Shown piece after piece: positions 1 to 8,191 of a stretch of DNA of 14,519 nucleotides. A program made the translations under genes and the position numbers. Source of the stretch: a bacterium (GTDB lineage Bacteria > Bacillota > Clostridia > TANB77 > RGIG9151); the NCBI GenBank assembly GCA_963635575.1, contig CAVHFU010000035.1, positions 1 to 14,519 of the forward strand, read 5' to 3'. The notes beneath the pieces were generated by a model. The model was not told the origin of the DNA. It was given only the letters and a program-made list of their open reading frames with translations, and searched no databases. Numbering within the stretch: the stretch's first letter is position 1; each line of letters opens with the position of its first letter.

Positions 1-142
1 AACCACAAGAGGAAAAGCAAAAATAATTGACAAAAAAATTAAGCTTAATTACAAGCTTAGAGCATATTTTTTATATTAATTTGATACTAAAGTGTGGAGC
101 AGATAAACTTCCGTATAACGCATAAAAATGTCGAGGAAGTTA

Positions 143-171
143 TTGACAAGTGCACAAAACAGTGATAAAAT
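143..171 (+). promoter_or_regulatory. Candidate sigma-A-type promoter for rpoB (and rpoC)
   Basis: Read directly: TTGACA at 143-148, an exact 17-nt spacer (149-165), and TAAAAT at 166-171 preceded by TG at 163-164 (TGnTAAAAT, extended -10). The implied TSS is near 178, giving a leader of about 260 nt before the rpoB ATG at 440. AT-rich DNA produces -10-like hexamers by chance, so this is only a sequence-motif call. Confidence 0.4.
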
Positions 172-439
172 TATAAAATGTATGAGTTTATGTGCAGACA
201 TACGTAAACAGTTCTTCATTTCGCAAGAGCAGGAATCCTGCTGCCAAATGGTAGACATTTGATATTGCACTTAGAAGGAATGATTTTATATTGTTTATTG
301 TTAGTTTTGCTAAGAAATAAATAATTATTTAAGGAGCAAGGATTACTTGGTCCTTATTGTCGTTCTTAAAATTACAAAATACAACTAAAGATAATGTGCT
401 AATAGAGTAGTATTTGAATTTTATAGGAGGGGTAAAAAA

Positions 440-3400
440 ATGCATGAAATTAAACTGGGTAAAAACAAGAGAATGTCTTTTTCTAGAATTCCTGAAAAAT
501 TAGAATTACCTAATTTGATTGAAGTACAGAAAGATTCGTACGAGTGGTTTGTACGAGAAGGACTTAGAGAAGTATTTAGGGATATTTCTCCAATTACTGA
601 TTATACGGGAGGACTAATTTTAGAGTTTTTAGATTATTCTCTAAAGGATGACCCAAAGTATACTATTGCGGAATGTAAGGAAAGAGATGCTACATATGCA
701 GCTCCTCTTAGAGTTAAGATAAGACTTATTAATAAGGAGACCGGCGAAGTTAAAGAACAAGAAATCTTTATGGGAGATTTCCCTCTTATGACTGATAGTG
801 GTACATTCATAATAAACGGAGCAGAGCGTGTTGTTGTAAGCCAATTAGTACGTTCTCCTGGTGTTTACTATGGAATGAAGTATGATAAATTCGGTAAGAA
901 ATTATTTGATGCAACTGTAATTCCTAACCGTGGTGCATGGATTGAATATGAGACAGACTCTCAAGACATTTTCTATGCAAAAATAGATAGAACAAGAAAG
1001 CTTCCTGTTACAAGCTTACTTAGAGCTTTAGGTATTGTAACTGATGCTGAGATACTTGAATTATTTGATAATGATGAAAAGATTTTAGCTACATTACAAA
1101 AAGATCCTGTAAAGACACAAGATGAAGCTTTAATAGAGTTATATAAGAGACTTCGCCCTGGCGATTTGCCTACAGTAGATAGTGCTAGAAACTTACTTGA
1201 AGCTATGTTCTTTGACCCTAGAAGATATGAAATGGCTAGAGTTGGCAGATACAAATACAACAAAAAGTTATCTATTGCTACAAGAATTATGAAACACGTT
1301 GCTGCTGAAGATATTAAAAATGATGAGCAAGTGTTTGTAAAAGCAGGAGAAATCATTAACAGAGAAACAGCTTTTGAAATTCAAAATGCTGGTATTAACG
1401 TTGTATATCTTGATGTTGAAGGTAAGAAAGTTAAGGTTATCGGTAACAATACTGTTGATATTTCTAAATATGTAGATATTGATTTAAGTGAATTAGGAGT
1501 TAAGGGCTTTGTTAATTATACTATTTTAATGAATATTTTAGCTAATAATCCTAAGAAAGAAGATTTAATTGAAGCTATCAAGGAAAATCGTACAGCTTTA
1601 TCTGCTCCTACAATCACAATGGACGATATTATTGCTACAATTAGCTATTGCTTGAACCTTGAACATGGTTTAGGAAATACTGATGATATCGACCACTTAG
1701 GAAATAGAAGAATAAGAGCTGTTGGTGAATTACTTCAAAATCAATTCAGAATTGGTTTATCCAGAATGGAAAGAGTTATTCGTGAAAGAATGACAATTCA
1801 AGATATGGATATTGTTACACCACAAGCTTTAGTAAATATAAGACCTGTTTCAGCTGCGATTAAGGAATTCTTCGGAAGTTCTCAATTATCACAGTTCATG
1901 GATCAAAACAACCCTCTTGCAGAACTTACTCATAAGAGAAGATTAAGTGCATTAGGCCCTGGTGGATTAAGCCGTGATAGAGCAGGATTCGAAGTTCGTG
2001 ATATCCACTATTCTCACTATGGAAGAATGTGTCCTATTGAAACTCCAGAAGGTCCTAACATCGGACTTATCGGTTCACTTTCTTCTTATGCAAGAATTAA
2101 TGAATATGGATTTATTGAAACTCCATACAGACTTGTTAAAGATGGTGTAGTTACTGATGATATTGAATATATGGCTGCTGATGAAGAAGATGGATATATT
2201 CTAGCTACTGCAACAGAACCATTAGACGAAAATAATAGATTTGTAAACCCTAAAACTAAAGTTAGATATAAGGCTGAAATCTTGGAAGTGGAAAGCAACA
2301 AGATTGAATTAGTAGATGTTTCTCCTAGACAACTTGTTTCTGTTGCTACTGCAATGATTCCTTTCCTAGAAAACGATGATGCTAACCGTGCTCTAATGGG
2401 TGCAAACATGCAACGTCAAGCAGTGCCTTTACTTAAAACAGATTCTCCAATTGTTGGTACTGGTATGGAATACCGTGCTGCAAAGGATTCAGGAGTTTGT
2501 ATCTGTGCTAAAAATGAAGGTATTGTTGAAAAGGTTACAGCTGACAATATCGTAATTAAGAAAAAAGATGGCAACTTTGATGAATATAAATTAGTTAAGT
2601 TCAAACGTTCAAACCAAGGTACTTGTATCAACCAAAGACCTATTGTTGAAAAGGGAGAACATGTTGGTAAAGGCGATGTTATCGCAGATGGACCTTCAAC
2701 AGATAACGGAGAACTTGCGTTAGGAAAGAACATCTTAATCGGATTTATGACTTGGGAAGGTTATAACTACGAAGATGCTATTCTAATTAGTGAAAGATTA
2801 GTTAAAGACGATGTTTTAACATCTATTCATATTGAAGAATATGAATCTGAATCAAGAGATACAAAATTAGGACCTGAAGAAATAACAAGAGATATTCCAA
2901 ATGTTGGTGAAGATGCATTAAAAGATTTGGATGAACGTGGTATTATTCGTATTGGCGCTGAGGTTCATTCAGGCGATATCTTGGTTGGTAAGGTTACTCC
3001 TAAGGGAGAAACAGAACTTACAGCTGAAGAAAGATTGCTTCGTGCAATTTTCGGTGAGAAAGCTCGTGAAGTTAGAGATACATCACTAAGAGTTCCACAT
3101 GGCGAAGCCGGAATAATCGTTGATGTAAAGATATTTACAAGAGAAAACGGCGACGAAATGACTCCTGGTGTAAATGAAATTGTTAGAGTTTATATAGCTC
3201 AAAAGAGAAAGATTTCTGTCGGAGATAAAATGGCAGGACGTCACGGCAACAAGGGTGTTATTTCAAGAGTACTTCCTGAAGAAGATATGCCATTCTTACC
3301 GGATGGTACACCACTTCAAATTGTGTTAAACCCTCTAGGCGTACCAAGCCGTATGAATATCGGACAGGTGCTAGAAGTTCACTTGGGTTATGCTGCTAAA

Positions 3401-4174
3401 GCTTTAGGCTTTAAGATTGCAACTCCTGTATTTGATGGTGCACGTGAAGGTGACATTTGGGAGGCATTAAAACAAGCAGGATTAAATGAAGATGGTAAAT
3501 CTATATTATACGATGGAAGAACCGGTGAACCGTTTGATAGACCGGTTACAGTCGGATATATGTATATGTTAAAACTACATCACTTAGTAGATGATAAGAT
3601 TCATGCTCGTTCTACTGGACCTTATTCTTTAGTTACACAACAACCTCTTGGTGGTAAAGCACAATTTGGTGGACAGAGATTCGGAGAGATGGAAGTTTGG
3701 GCTCTAGAAGCTTATGGTGCTGCTTATACACTTCAAGAAATCTTGACTGTAAAATCTGATGACGTTGTTGGACGTGTTAAGACATATGAATCTATTGTTA
3801 AGGGCGAAAATGTTCCTGAAGCCGGTATTCCTGAGTCATTTAGGGTATTAGTTAAGGAATTACAAAGCTTAGGTCTTGATGTTAAGGTATATTCTAAAGA
3901 CAACGAAGAAGTTGCATTAAAAGAATATGTTGAAGATGAAATTGATGAAGAATTACCTGTTAACATTGAAGGTACAGAAGATTTACAGTTTGTTCGTCAT
4001 TATGATGAGCCTATGGATGATGTTATTATAGAAGACGCTGAAGACGATGATTTTGAAGATGAAGAAAGCGATGAAATCGATGACGATGTAGAAGAATTCG
4101 ATTTTGATGATAATGTTGTTGAGGATGATGAGCTCGGCGGAGAAGATTTAGACAATTTTGATGATGAAGAGTAA
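440..4174 (+). CDS. rpoB: DNA-directed RNA polymerase subunit beta
   Basis: 1244-aa ORF. The AGGAGG RBS at 425-430 lies 9 nt upstream of the ATG. Hallmark beta-subunit motifs are present: the N-terminal [14 protein letters not shown], the rifampicin cluster I region [34 protein letters not shown] (about 1868-1960), [16 protein letters not shown], the [13 protein letters not shown] active-site region, and [22 protein letters not shown]. It ends in an 83-aa Asp/Glu-rich tail. Confidence 0.98.
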   Translation: MHEIKLGKNKRMSFSRIPEKLELPNLIEVQKDSYEWFVREGLREVFRDISPITDYTGGLILEFLDYSLKDDPKYTIAECKERDATYAAPLRVKIRLINKETGEVKEQEIFMGDFPLMTDSGTFIINGAERVVVSQLVRSPGVYYGMKYDKFGKKLFDATVIPNRGAWIEYETDSQDIFYAKIDRTRKLPVTSLLRALGIVTDAEILELFDNDEKILATLQKDPVKTQDEALIELYKRLRPGDLPTVDSARNLLEAMFFDPRRYEMARVGRYKYNKKLSIATRIMKHVAAEDIKNDEQVFVKAGEIINRETAFEIQNAGINVVYLDVEGKKVKVIGNNTVDISKYVDIDLSELGVKGFVNYTILMNILANNPKKEDLIEAIKENRTALSAPTITMDDIIATISYCLNLEHGLGNTDDIDHLGNRRIRAVGELLQNQFRIGLSRMERVIRERMTIQDMDIVTPQALVNIRPVSAAIKEFFGSSQLSQFMDQNNPLAELTHKRRLSALGPGGLSRDRAGFEVRDIHYSHYGRMCPIETPEGPNIGLIGSLSSYARINEYGFIETPYRLVKDGVVTDDIEYMAADEEDGYILATATEPLDENNRFVNPKTKVRYKAEILEVESNKIELVDVSPRQLVSVATAMIPFLENDDANRALMGANMQRQAVPLLKTDSPIVGTGMEYRAAKDSGVCICAKNEGIVEKVTADNIVIKKKDGNFDEYKLVKFKRSNQGTCINQRPIVEKGEHVGKGDVIADGPSTDNGELALGKNILIGFMTWEGYNYEDAILISERLVKDDVLTSIHIEEYESESRDTKLGPEEITRDIPNVGEDALKDLDERGIIRIGAEVHSGDILVGKVTPKGETELTAEERLLRAIFGEKAREVRDTSLRVPHGEAGIIVDVKIFTRENGDEMTPGVNEIVRVYIAQKRKISVGDKMAGRHGNKGVISRVLPEEDMPFLPDGTPLQIVLNPLGVPSRMNIGQVLEVHLGYAAKALGFKIATPVFDGAREGDIWEALKQAGLNEDGKSILYDGRTGEPFDRPVTVGYMYMLKLHHLVDDKIHARSTGPYSLVTQQPLGGKAQFGGQRFGEMEVWALEAYGAAYTLQEILTVKSDDVVGRVKTYESIVKGENVPEAGIPESFRVLVKELQSLGLDVKVYSKDNEEVALKEYVEDEIDEELPVNIEGTEDLQFVRHYDEPMDDVIIEDAEDDDFEDEESDEIDDDVEEFDFDDNVVEDDELGGEDLDNFDDEE

Positions 4175-4206
4175 ATAAAATGTATCACTATGAGAGGAGT
4201 AAAAAG

Positions 4207-7200
4207 ATGTTTGAACTAAATAATTTTGATAGTATTAAAATTAGTCTTGCTTCACCGGAGAAAATCAGAGAATGGTCAAAAGGTGAAGTTAAGAAACCTG
4301 AAACTATTAATTATAGAACATTAAAGCCAGAACGTGATGGCTTGTTCTGTGAAAAGATTTTTGGACCTCAAAAAGACTGGGAATGTCATTGTGGAAAATA
4401 CAAGAGAGTAAGATATAAAGGTATTGTCTGCGACAGATGTGGTGTTGAGGTTACTAAATCTAAAGTTAGACGTGAAAGAATGGGACATATTGAACTTGCG
4501 GCTCCTGTTTCACATATATGGTATTTTAAAGGAATTCCAAGTCGTATGGGACTTATATTAGACCTTTCTCCAAGAGCATTGGAGAAAGTCCTATACTTTG
4601 CTTCATATATCGTTATGGACGCTGGTACAACAGCATTAATGAAGAAGCAAATTTTGACTGAAAAAGAGTATGCAGAAGCAAAGGAACAATATGGTGCAAA
4701 TGCATTTAGAGTTGGAATCGGTGCTGAAGCTATTCGTGAGTTATTAAAAGAAATAGATCTAGAGTCTTTAGCTAAGGAATTAAGAGAAGAAATGAATTCT
4801 TCTTCTGGTCAAAAGAAAGTAAAGATTATTAAGAGACTTGAAGCTGTTGACTCATTTAGATTATCAGGAAACAGGCCTGAATGGATGATTTTAGACGTTG
4901 TCCCTGTTATTCCGCCAGATTTAAGACCTATGGTTCAATTAGATGGCGGTAGATTTGCAACATCTGACTTAAACGATTTGTACAGAAGAGTTATCAACAG
5001 AAACAATCGTTTAAAGAGATTGCTTGATTTAGGAGCACCTGAAATAATTGTTAGAAACGAAAAGAGAATGTTACAAGAAGCAGTAGATGCCCTAATAGAT
5101 AACGGACGTCGTGGTCGTCCTGTTACAGGCCCTGGGAACCGTCCGTTAAAGTCATTGTCTGATTTGCTAAAAGGTAAACAAGGTCGTTTTAGACAAAACT
5201 TACTAGGTAAACGTGTTGACTACTCTGGACGTTCTGTTATCGTTGTAGGACCAGAACTTAAGATTTATCAATGTGGTGTACCTCGTGAAATGGCTATTGA
5301 ATTATTTAAGCCATTTGTAATGAAAAAGTTAGTTGAAAATGGAATGGCTCATAATATTAAGAGTGCTAAGAGAATGGTTGAACGCGTTAAACCAGAAGTA
5401 TGGGATATATTAGAAGAAGTTATTAAGGAACACCCTGTAATGTTAAACCGTGCTCCGACACTTCACAGATTAGGTATCCAAGCATTCGAGCCTGTATTAG
5501 TAGAAGGTAGAGCATTAAAACTTCACCCACTAGTTTGTACAGCGTTCAACGCTGACTTCGATGGTGACCAGATGGCTATTCACCTCCCATTATCAGCAGA
5601 AGCTCAAGCTGAAACAAGATTTTTAATGTTATCTGCAAACAACTTGTTAAAACCTCAAGATGGTAAGCCGGTTACAGTTCCTACACAGGATATGGTATTA
5701 GGTAGCTATTATTTAACATATGAAACAGGTATGAACGATGATAGAGTACCGTCATACTTAGTGGATGTTCCGGAAGATGAAAGATATGCAAAAGATGCAG
5801 ATGGAAACTTTGTATTAGACGCAGAAGGTAATAAGAGATTACTTCTAAAAGCATTTAGTGATAAAGATGAGGCTTTTGAAGCATATTCTGTTAATGCTAT
5901 AAAGCTACAAGATCCGATTTTGGTGAGATTTACCAAAGAAGTGGATGGAGTAAAAAAATCTAAAGTTATTAAAACAACAATGGGTAAGATTATATTTAAT
6001 GACTCTGTTCCGCAAGATATTGGATTTGTAGACAGGAGTATTCCGGGAAACGAATTTAAGATGGAAGTTGATTTCTTAGTAACTAAGAAGGAGTTAGGAA
6101 AAATTATTGATAAATGCATTAGAAAGTACGGTTTTACAATTTCTGCTGATGTAGTAGATAAAATTAAGGCTACCGGATATAAATATTCTACACGTAGTGG
6201 TATTACAGTTGGTGTTGCGGACATGCAAATTCCTGGTGTAAAGGAACAACGTATTAAAGAGGCTGAAGCTAAGGTAGAAACTATTACAAAACAATATCAG
6301 AGAGGATTGCTTTCTAATGAGGATAGAAGAAATTCTGTTATTACAATTTGGGAAGATACAACAAAGGTTATTACACAAGACTTGATGGATGGACTAGATA
6401 GATTAAATCCAGTTTACATGATGGCTCACTCCGGTGCTCGTGGTAATGTAAACCAGATTAGACAACTTGCTGGTATTCGTGGACTTATGGCGGATACATC
6501 GGGTAAAACAGTTGAAATTCCTATTAAGTCAAACTTAAAAGAAGGACTTGACGTTTTGGAATACTTCATTTCATCACACGGTTCTAGAAAAGGTCTTGCC
6601 GACACAGCTCTTCGTACAGCGGACTCTGGTTACTTAACAAGACGTCTTGTTGATGTCAGTCAAGATGTTATTATTCGTGAGGAAGATTGCGGAACTAAGA
6701 AGGGTATTTGGGTTGAGGATGTTACTGAAGGTAAAGAAGTTATCGAACCACTTTCTGAAAGACTTGTTGGCAGAACTGCAATTGGTGATGTAGTAAATCC
6801 TGAAACAAATGAAGTAATTGTAAAAGATGATACATTAATTACTGAAGCTCAAGCTAAGGCTATTGAGAAAGCAGGAATTAAGAAAGTATATATTCGTTCA
6901 ACACTTACTTGTCGCTCAAGACATGGTATTTGTGCAAAATGTTATGGCACGAACCTAGCTACAGGCAAACCTATCAATATTGGTGAAGCAGTTGGTATTA
7001 TTGCTGCTCAATCTATCGGTGAACCTGGTACACAGCTTACAATGAGAACGTTCCATACAGGTGGTGTCGCTGCTGCCGGCGGTGATATTACACACGGTTT
7101 ACCACGTGTTGAGGAAATTTTTGAAGCTAGAAAGCCAAAGGGACTTGCTGTTATTACTGAAATTAAAGGTAATGTTACAGTTAGTGATAACAAGAAGAAA

Positions 7201-7839
7201 CGTGAAGTTATCGTTACTGACCCTGATGGAGATGCAAAGACATACTTAATTCCTTTCGGCTCAAGATTAAAAGTTCGTGATGGCGATTTTGTAGAAGCCG
7301 GAGATGAGTTAACAGAAGGTTCTGTAAATCCACATGACATTATAAGAATTAAAGGTGTTGACGGAGTTCAATTATATATGCTTCGTGAAGTTCAAAAGGT
7401 TTATAGAATGCAGGGTGTTGATATCAATGATAAACACATTGAAGTTATTGTTCGTCAAATGCTTCGTAAGATTAAAGTTGATGAAGCTGGAGATACAAAC
7501 TTCTTACCTGGAATTCTTGTAGATATGTTTGAATTTGAAAGTGAAAACGAAAGAGTTATAGCTGAAGGTGGAACACCGGCTACTGGTAAACAAACATTAT
7601 TGGGCATCACAAAAGCAGCCTTAACAACAGAATCATTCTTATCAGCAGCATCATTCCAAGAAACAACAAGAGTTTTAACTGATGCAGCTATTAAAGGTAA
7701 GGTTGATCCATTAGTTGGACTTAAAGAAAACGTTATCATTGGTAAGTTAATTCCTGCCGGAACTGGTATGGCTAGATATAAAGATATAAACATTCAAACA
7801 GTTAAGGAAGAAAAAAGTGAAGACGAAATAGTCGACTAA
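4207..7839 (+). CDS. rpoC: DNA-directed RNA polymerase subunit beta-prime
   Basis: The ORF track opens at 4180, but ATG 4207 is preferred. It is preceded by GAGAGGAG (about 4191-4198) at proper spacing, and it gives the canonical N-terminus [24 protein letters not shown]. The N-terminal Zn-binding motif [20 protein letters not shown] is present. The catalytic Mg motif [10 protein letters not shown] has its NADFDGD core at 5548-5568. The bridge-helix and trigger-loop regions ([26 protein letters not shown]; [16 protein letters not shown]) are also present. The product is 1210 aa from 4207. Confidence 0.97.
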   Translation: MFELNNFDSIKISLASPEKIREWSKGEVKKPETINYRTLKPERDGLFCEKIFGPQKDWECHCGKYKRVRYKGIVCDRCGVEVTKSKVRRERMGHIELAAPVSHIWYFKGIPSRMGLILDLSPRALEKVLYFASYIVMDAGTTALMKKQILTEKEYAEAKEQYGANAFRVGIGAEAIRELLKEIDLESLAKELREEMNSSSGQKKVKIIKRLEAVDSFRLSGNRPEWMILDVVPVIPPDLRPMVQLDGGRFATSDLNDLYRRVINRNNRLKRLLDLGAPEIIVRNEKRMLQEAVDALIDNGRRGRPVTGPGNRPLKSLSDLLKGKQGRFRQNLLGKRVDYSGRSVIVVGPELKIYQCGVPREMAIELFKPFVMKKLVENGMAHNIKSAKRMVERVKPEVWDILEEVIKEHPVMLNRAPTLHRLGIQAFEPVLVEGRALKLHPLVCTAFNADFDGDQMAIHLPLSAEAQAETRFLMLSANNLLKPQDGKPVTVPTQDMVLGSYYLTYETGMNDDRVPSYLVDVPEDERYAKDADGNFVLDAEGNKRLLLKAFSDKDEAFEAYSVNAIKLQDPILVRFTKEVDGVKKSKVIKTTMGKIIFNDSVPQDIGFVDRSIPGNEFKMEVDFLVTKKELGKIIDKCIRKYGFTISADVVDKIKATGYKYSTRSGITVGVADMQIPGVKEQRIKEAEAKVETITKQYQRGLLSNEDRRNSVITIWEDTTKVITQDLMDGLDRLNPVYMMAHSGARGNVNQIRQLAGIRGLMADTSGKTVEIPIKSNLKEGLDVLEYFISSHGSRKGLADTALRTADSGYLTRRLVDVSQDVIIREEDCGTKKGIWVEDVTEGKEVIEPLSERLVGRTAIGDVVNPETNEVIVKDDTLITEAQAKAIEKAGIKKVYIRSTLTCRSRHGICAKCYGTNLATGKPINIGEAVGIIAAQSIGEPGTQLTMRTFHTGGVAAAGGDITHGLPRVEEIFEARKPKGLAVITEIKGNVTVSDNKKKREVIVTDPDGDAKTYLIPFGSRLKVRDGDFVEAGDELTEGSVNPHDIIRIKGVDGVQLYMLREVQKVYRMQGVDINDKHIEVIVRQMLRKIKVDEAGDTNFLPGILVDMFEFESENERVIAEGGTPATGKQTLLGITKAALTTESFLSAASFQETTRVLTDAAIKGKVDPLVGLKENVIIGKLIPAGTGMARYKDINIQTVKEEKSEDEIVD

Positions 7840-7887
7840 AAAAAAGCTGTAAAGAACTAAATTTCGAGTTCTTTACAGCTTTTTTTT
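7838..7887. terminator. Bidirectional Rho-independent terminator shared by rpoC (+) and the convergent small gene (-)
   Basis: A perfect 14-bp stem: AGCTGTAAAGAACT (7845-7858) pairs with AGTTCTTTACAGCT (7867-7880) around an 8-nt loop (7859-7866). It is flanked by an 8-nt A-run (7838-7845) on the left and a 7-nt T-run (7881-7887) on the right. It therefore reads as hairpin plus U-tract on both strands. It starts at the rpoC stop (7837-7839) and overlaps the minus-strand gene's stop (7886-7888). Confidence 0.85.
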
Positions 7888-8047
7888 AGTCCTTACAAAT
7901 AAATGTTTCGCAACAAGTTCCATCAGATGTATGAGCTTTACCTGACATATTGTTTACGTCTAATTGTTTTGCTGTGCAAAAATGATTTTCCCAATATGTG
8001 CATGTGTCTACACTGCAATGGACTGGCATTCTATTTGGATTTCCCAT
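7886..8047 (-). CDS. Small Cys-rich protein, DUF1540-like (53 aa)
   Basis: The minus-strand ORF is trimmed to the third in-frame ATG (8047), the only one with a usable RBS. AAGGAG has its complement at about 8057-8062, and GGAG is followed by a 9-nt spacer. The protein is MGNPNRMPVHCSVDTCTYWENHFCTAKQLDVNNMSGKAHTSDGTCCETFICKD. The pattern V-x-C-S-V-x2-C-x-Y-W-x4-C-x-A-x2-L-x-V ... T-C-C-x-T-F matches my recollection of the DUF1540 (PF07561) family common in Bacilli and Clostridia. It has 6 Cys in 53 aa. The family assignment is from memory and no HMM was run. Confidence 0.6.
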   Translation of the reverse strand: MGNPNRMPVHCSVDTCTYWENHFCTAKQLDVNNMSGKAHTSDGTCCETFICKD

Positions 8048-8069
8048 ATAATTCATCTCCTTTTTTATT

Positions 8070-8083
8070 ATTTTGTACAAAAT
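8070..8083. promoter_or_regulatory. 14-bp perfect palindrome ATTTTGTACAAAAT, candidate operator in the divergent intergenic region
   Basis: Read directly: 8070-8083 is its own reverse complement (7/7 pairs). It lies 23-36 nt upstream of the DUF1540-like start codon and about 110 nt upstream of the NRPS start. No known regulator box could be assigned with confidence. It resembles the AT-rich CodY-type dyad AATTTTCWGAAAATT only loosely, because the centre differs. Confidence 0.25.
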
Positions 8084-8128
8084 TTAATAAATATATGCTA
8101 AATACTTGATTAAAGTTTTATGGAAATA

Positions 8129-8154
8129 TTGACGAATAACATTTGGAGTATAAT
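8129..8154 (+). promoter_or_regulatory. Candidate promoter for the NRPS gene (perfect -10, mis-spaced -35)
   Basis: A perfect TATAAT at 8149-8154 lies 37 nt upstream of the NRPS ATG. TTGACG at 8129-8134 is a 5/6 -35 match, but the spacer is only 14 nt, which is far from the 17-nt optimum. The -35 assignment is therefore doubtful, and the promoter may depend on an activator or use another -35. Confidence 0.3.
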
Positions 8155-8191
8155 TTTAGCAATTATATATTGAATTAGGGAGGCAGTAAAA

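Noticed and set aside
1-72. Three items at the window start: a possible 3' end of an upstream gene (frame 3 reads ...PQEEKQK then TAA at 24-26), TTGACA at 27-32, and a weak hairpin TAAGCTT-AATTAC-AAGCTTA (40-59) followed by T6 (67-72).
   Set aside because: Eight codons cannot support a CDS call, and the tail does not look like an L7/L12 C-terminus. The 27-32 hexamer has only TACAAG as a -10 at 17 nt. The hairpin has just 7 bp with 2 G:C pairs and the T-run is 7 nt away, so it is too weak to call a terminator.
76-270. 64-aa minus-strand ORF in the region upstream of rpoB.
   Set aside because: I recognised no RBS or family resemblance. It overlaps the candidate rpoB promoter and leader, and its size is what chance would produce in this composition.
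347-388. Mini-ORF in the rpoB leader: AAGGAG (331-336), a 10-nt spacer, then TTG, encoding MVLIVVLKITKYN.
   Set aside because: It has a non-ATG start and only 13 codons, with no conservation evidence available. Such ORFs are easily produced by chance. It is mentioned only as something ribosome profiling could test.
1889-1948. I checked rifampicin-resistance cluster I of RpoB for resistance substitutions.
   Set aside because: The residues equivalent to E. coli Q513, D516, H526 (codon 1931-1933), R529 and S531 (1946-1948) are all wild type. Ala at the S522-equivalent position is the normal Firmicute residue (as I recall, also in B. subtilis). There is no resistance signal.
4000-4188. Ser-rich 62-aa minus-strand ORF spanning the rpoB-rpoC junction.
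   Set aside because: It is the antisense reading of the GAT/GAA-rich acidic tail of RpoB (GAA/GAT become TTC/ATC and shifted TCx codons). It is a compositional artefact.
4180-4206. Upstream start for rpoC at 4180 (MYHYERSKK...) as given by the ORF track.
   Set aside because: It lies only 5 nt after the rpoB stop and has no RBS. The GAGAGGAG Shine-Dalgarno sits inside these codons and correctly serves ATG 4207, which gives the conserved MFELNNF... N-terminus.
641-7793. Ten ORF-track entries of 62-171 aa inside rpoB/rpoC: nine antisense (641-844, 973-1356, 2086-2409, 2416-2733, 3733-3966, 5709-6224, 6094-6378, 7008-7340, 7455-7793) and one sense out-of-frame (7061-7249).
   Set aside because: All lie entirely within unambiguous, motif-rich rpoB/rpoC reading frames. 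They have low-complexity Ser/Leu/Ile-rich translations typical of shadow frames in AT-rich genes, and I saw no RBS for them.
8048-8080. Longer 64-aa version of the small minus-strand gene starting at ATG 8080 or 8056.
   Set aside because: There is no Shine-Dalgarno upstream of 8080. The ATG at 8056 abuts GGAG with zero spacing. Only ATG 8047 is correctly spaced, 9 nt after GGAG.
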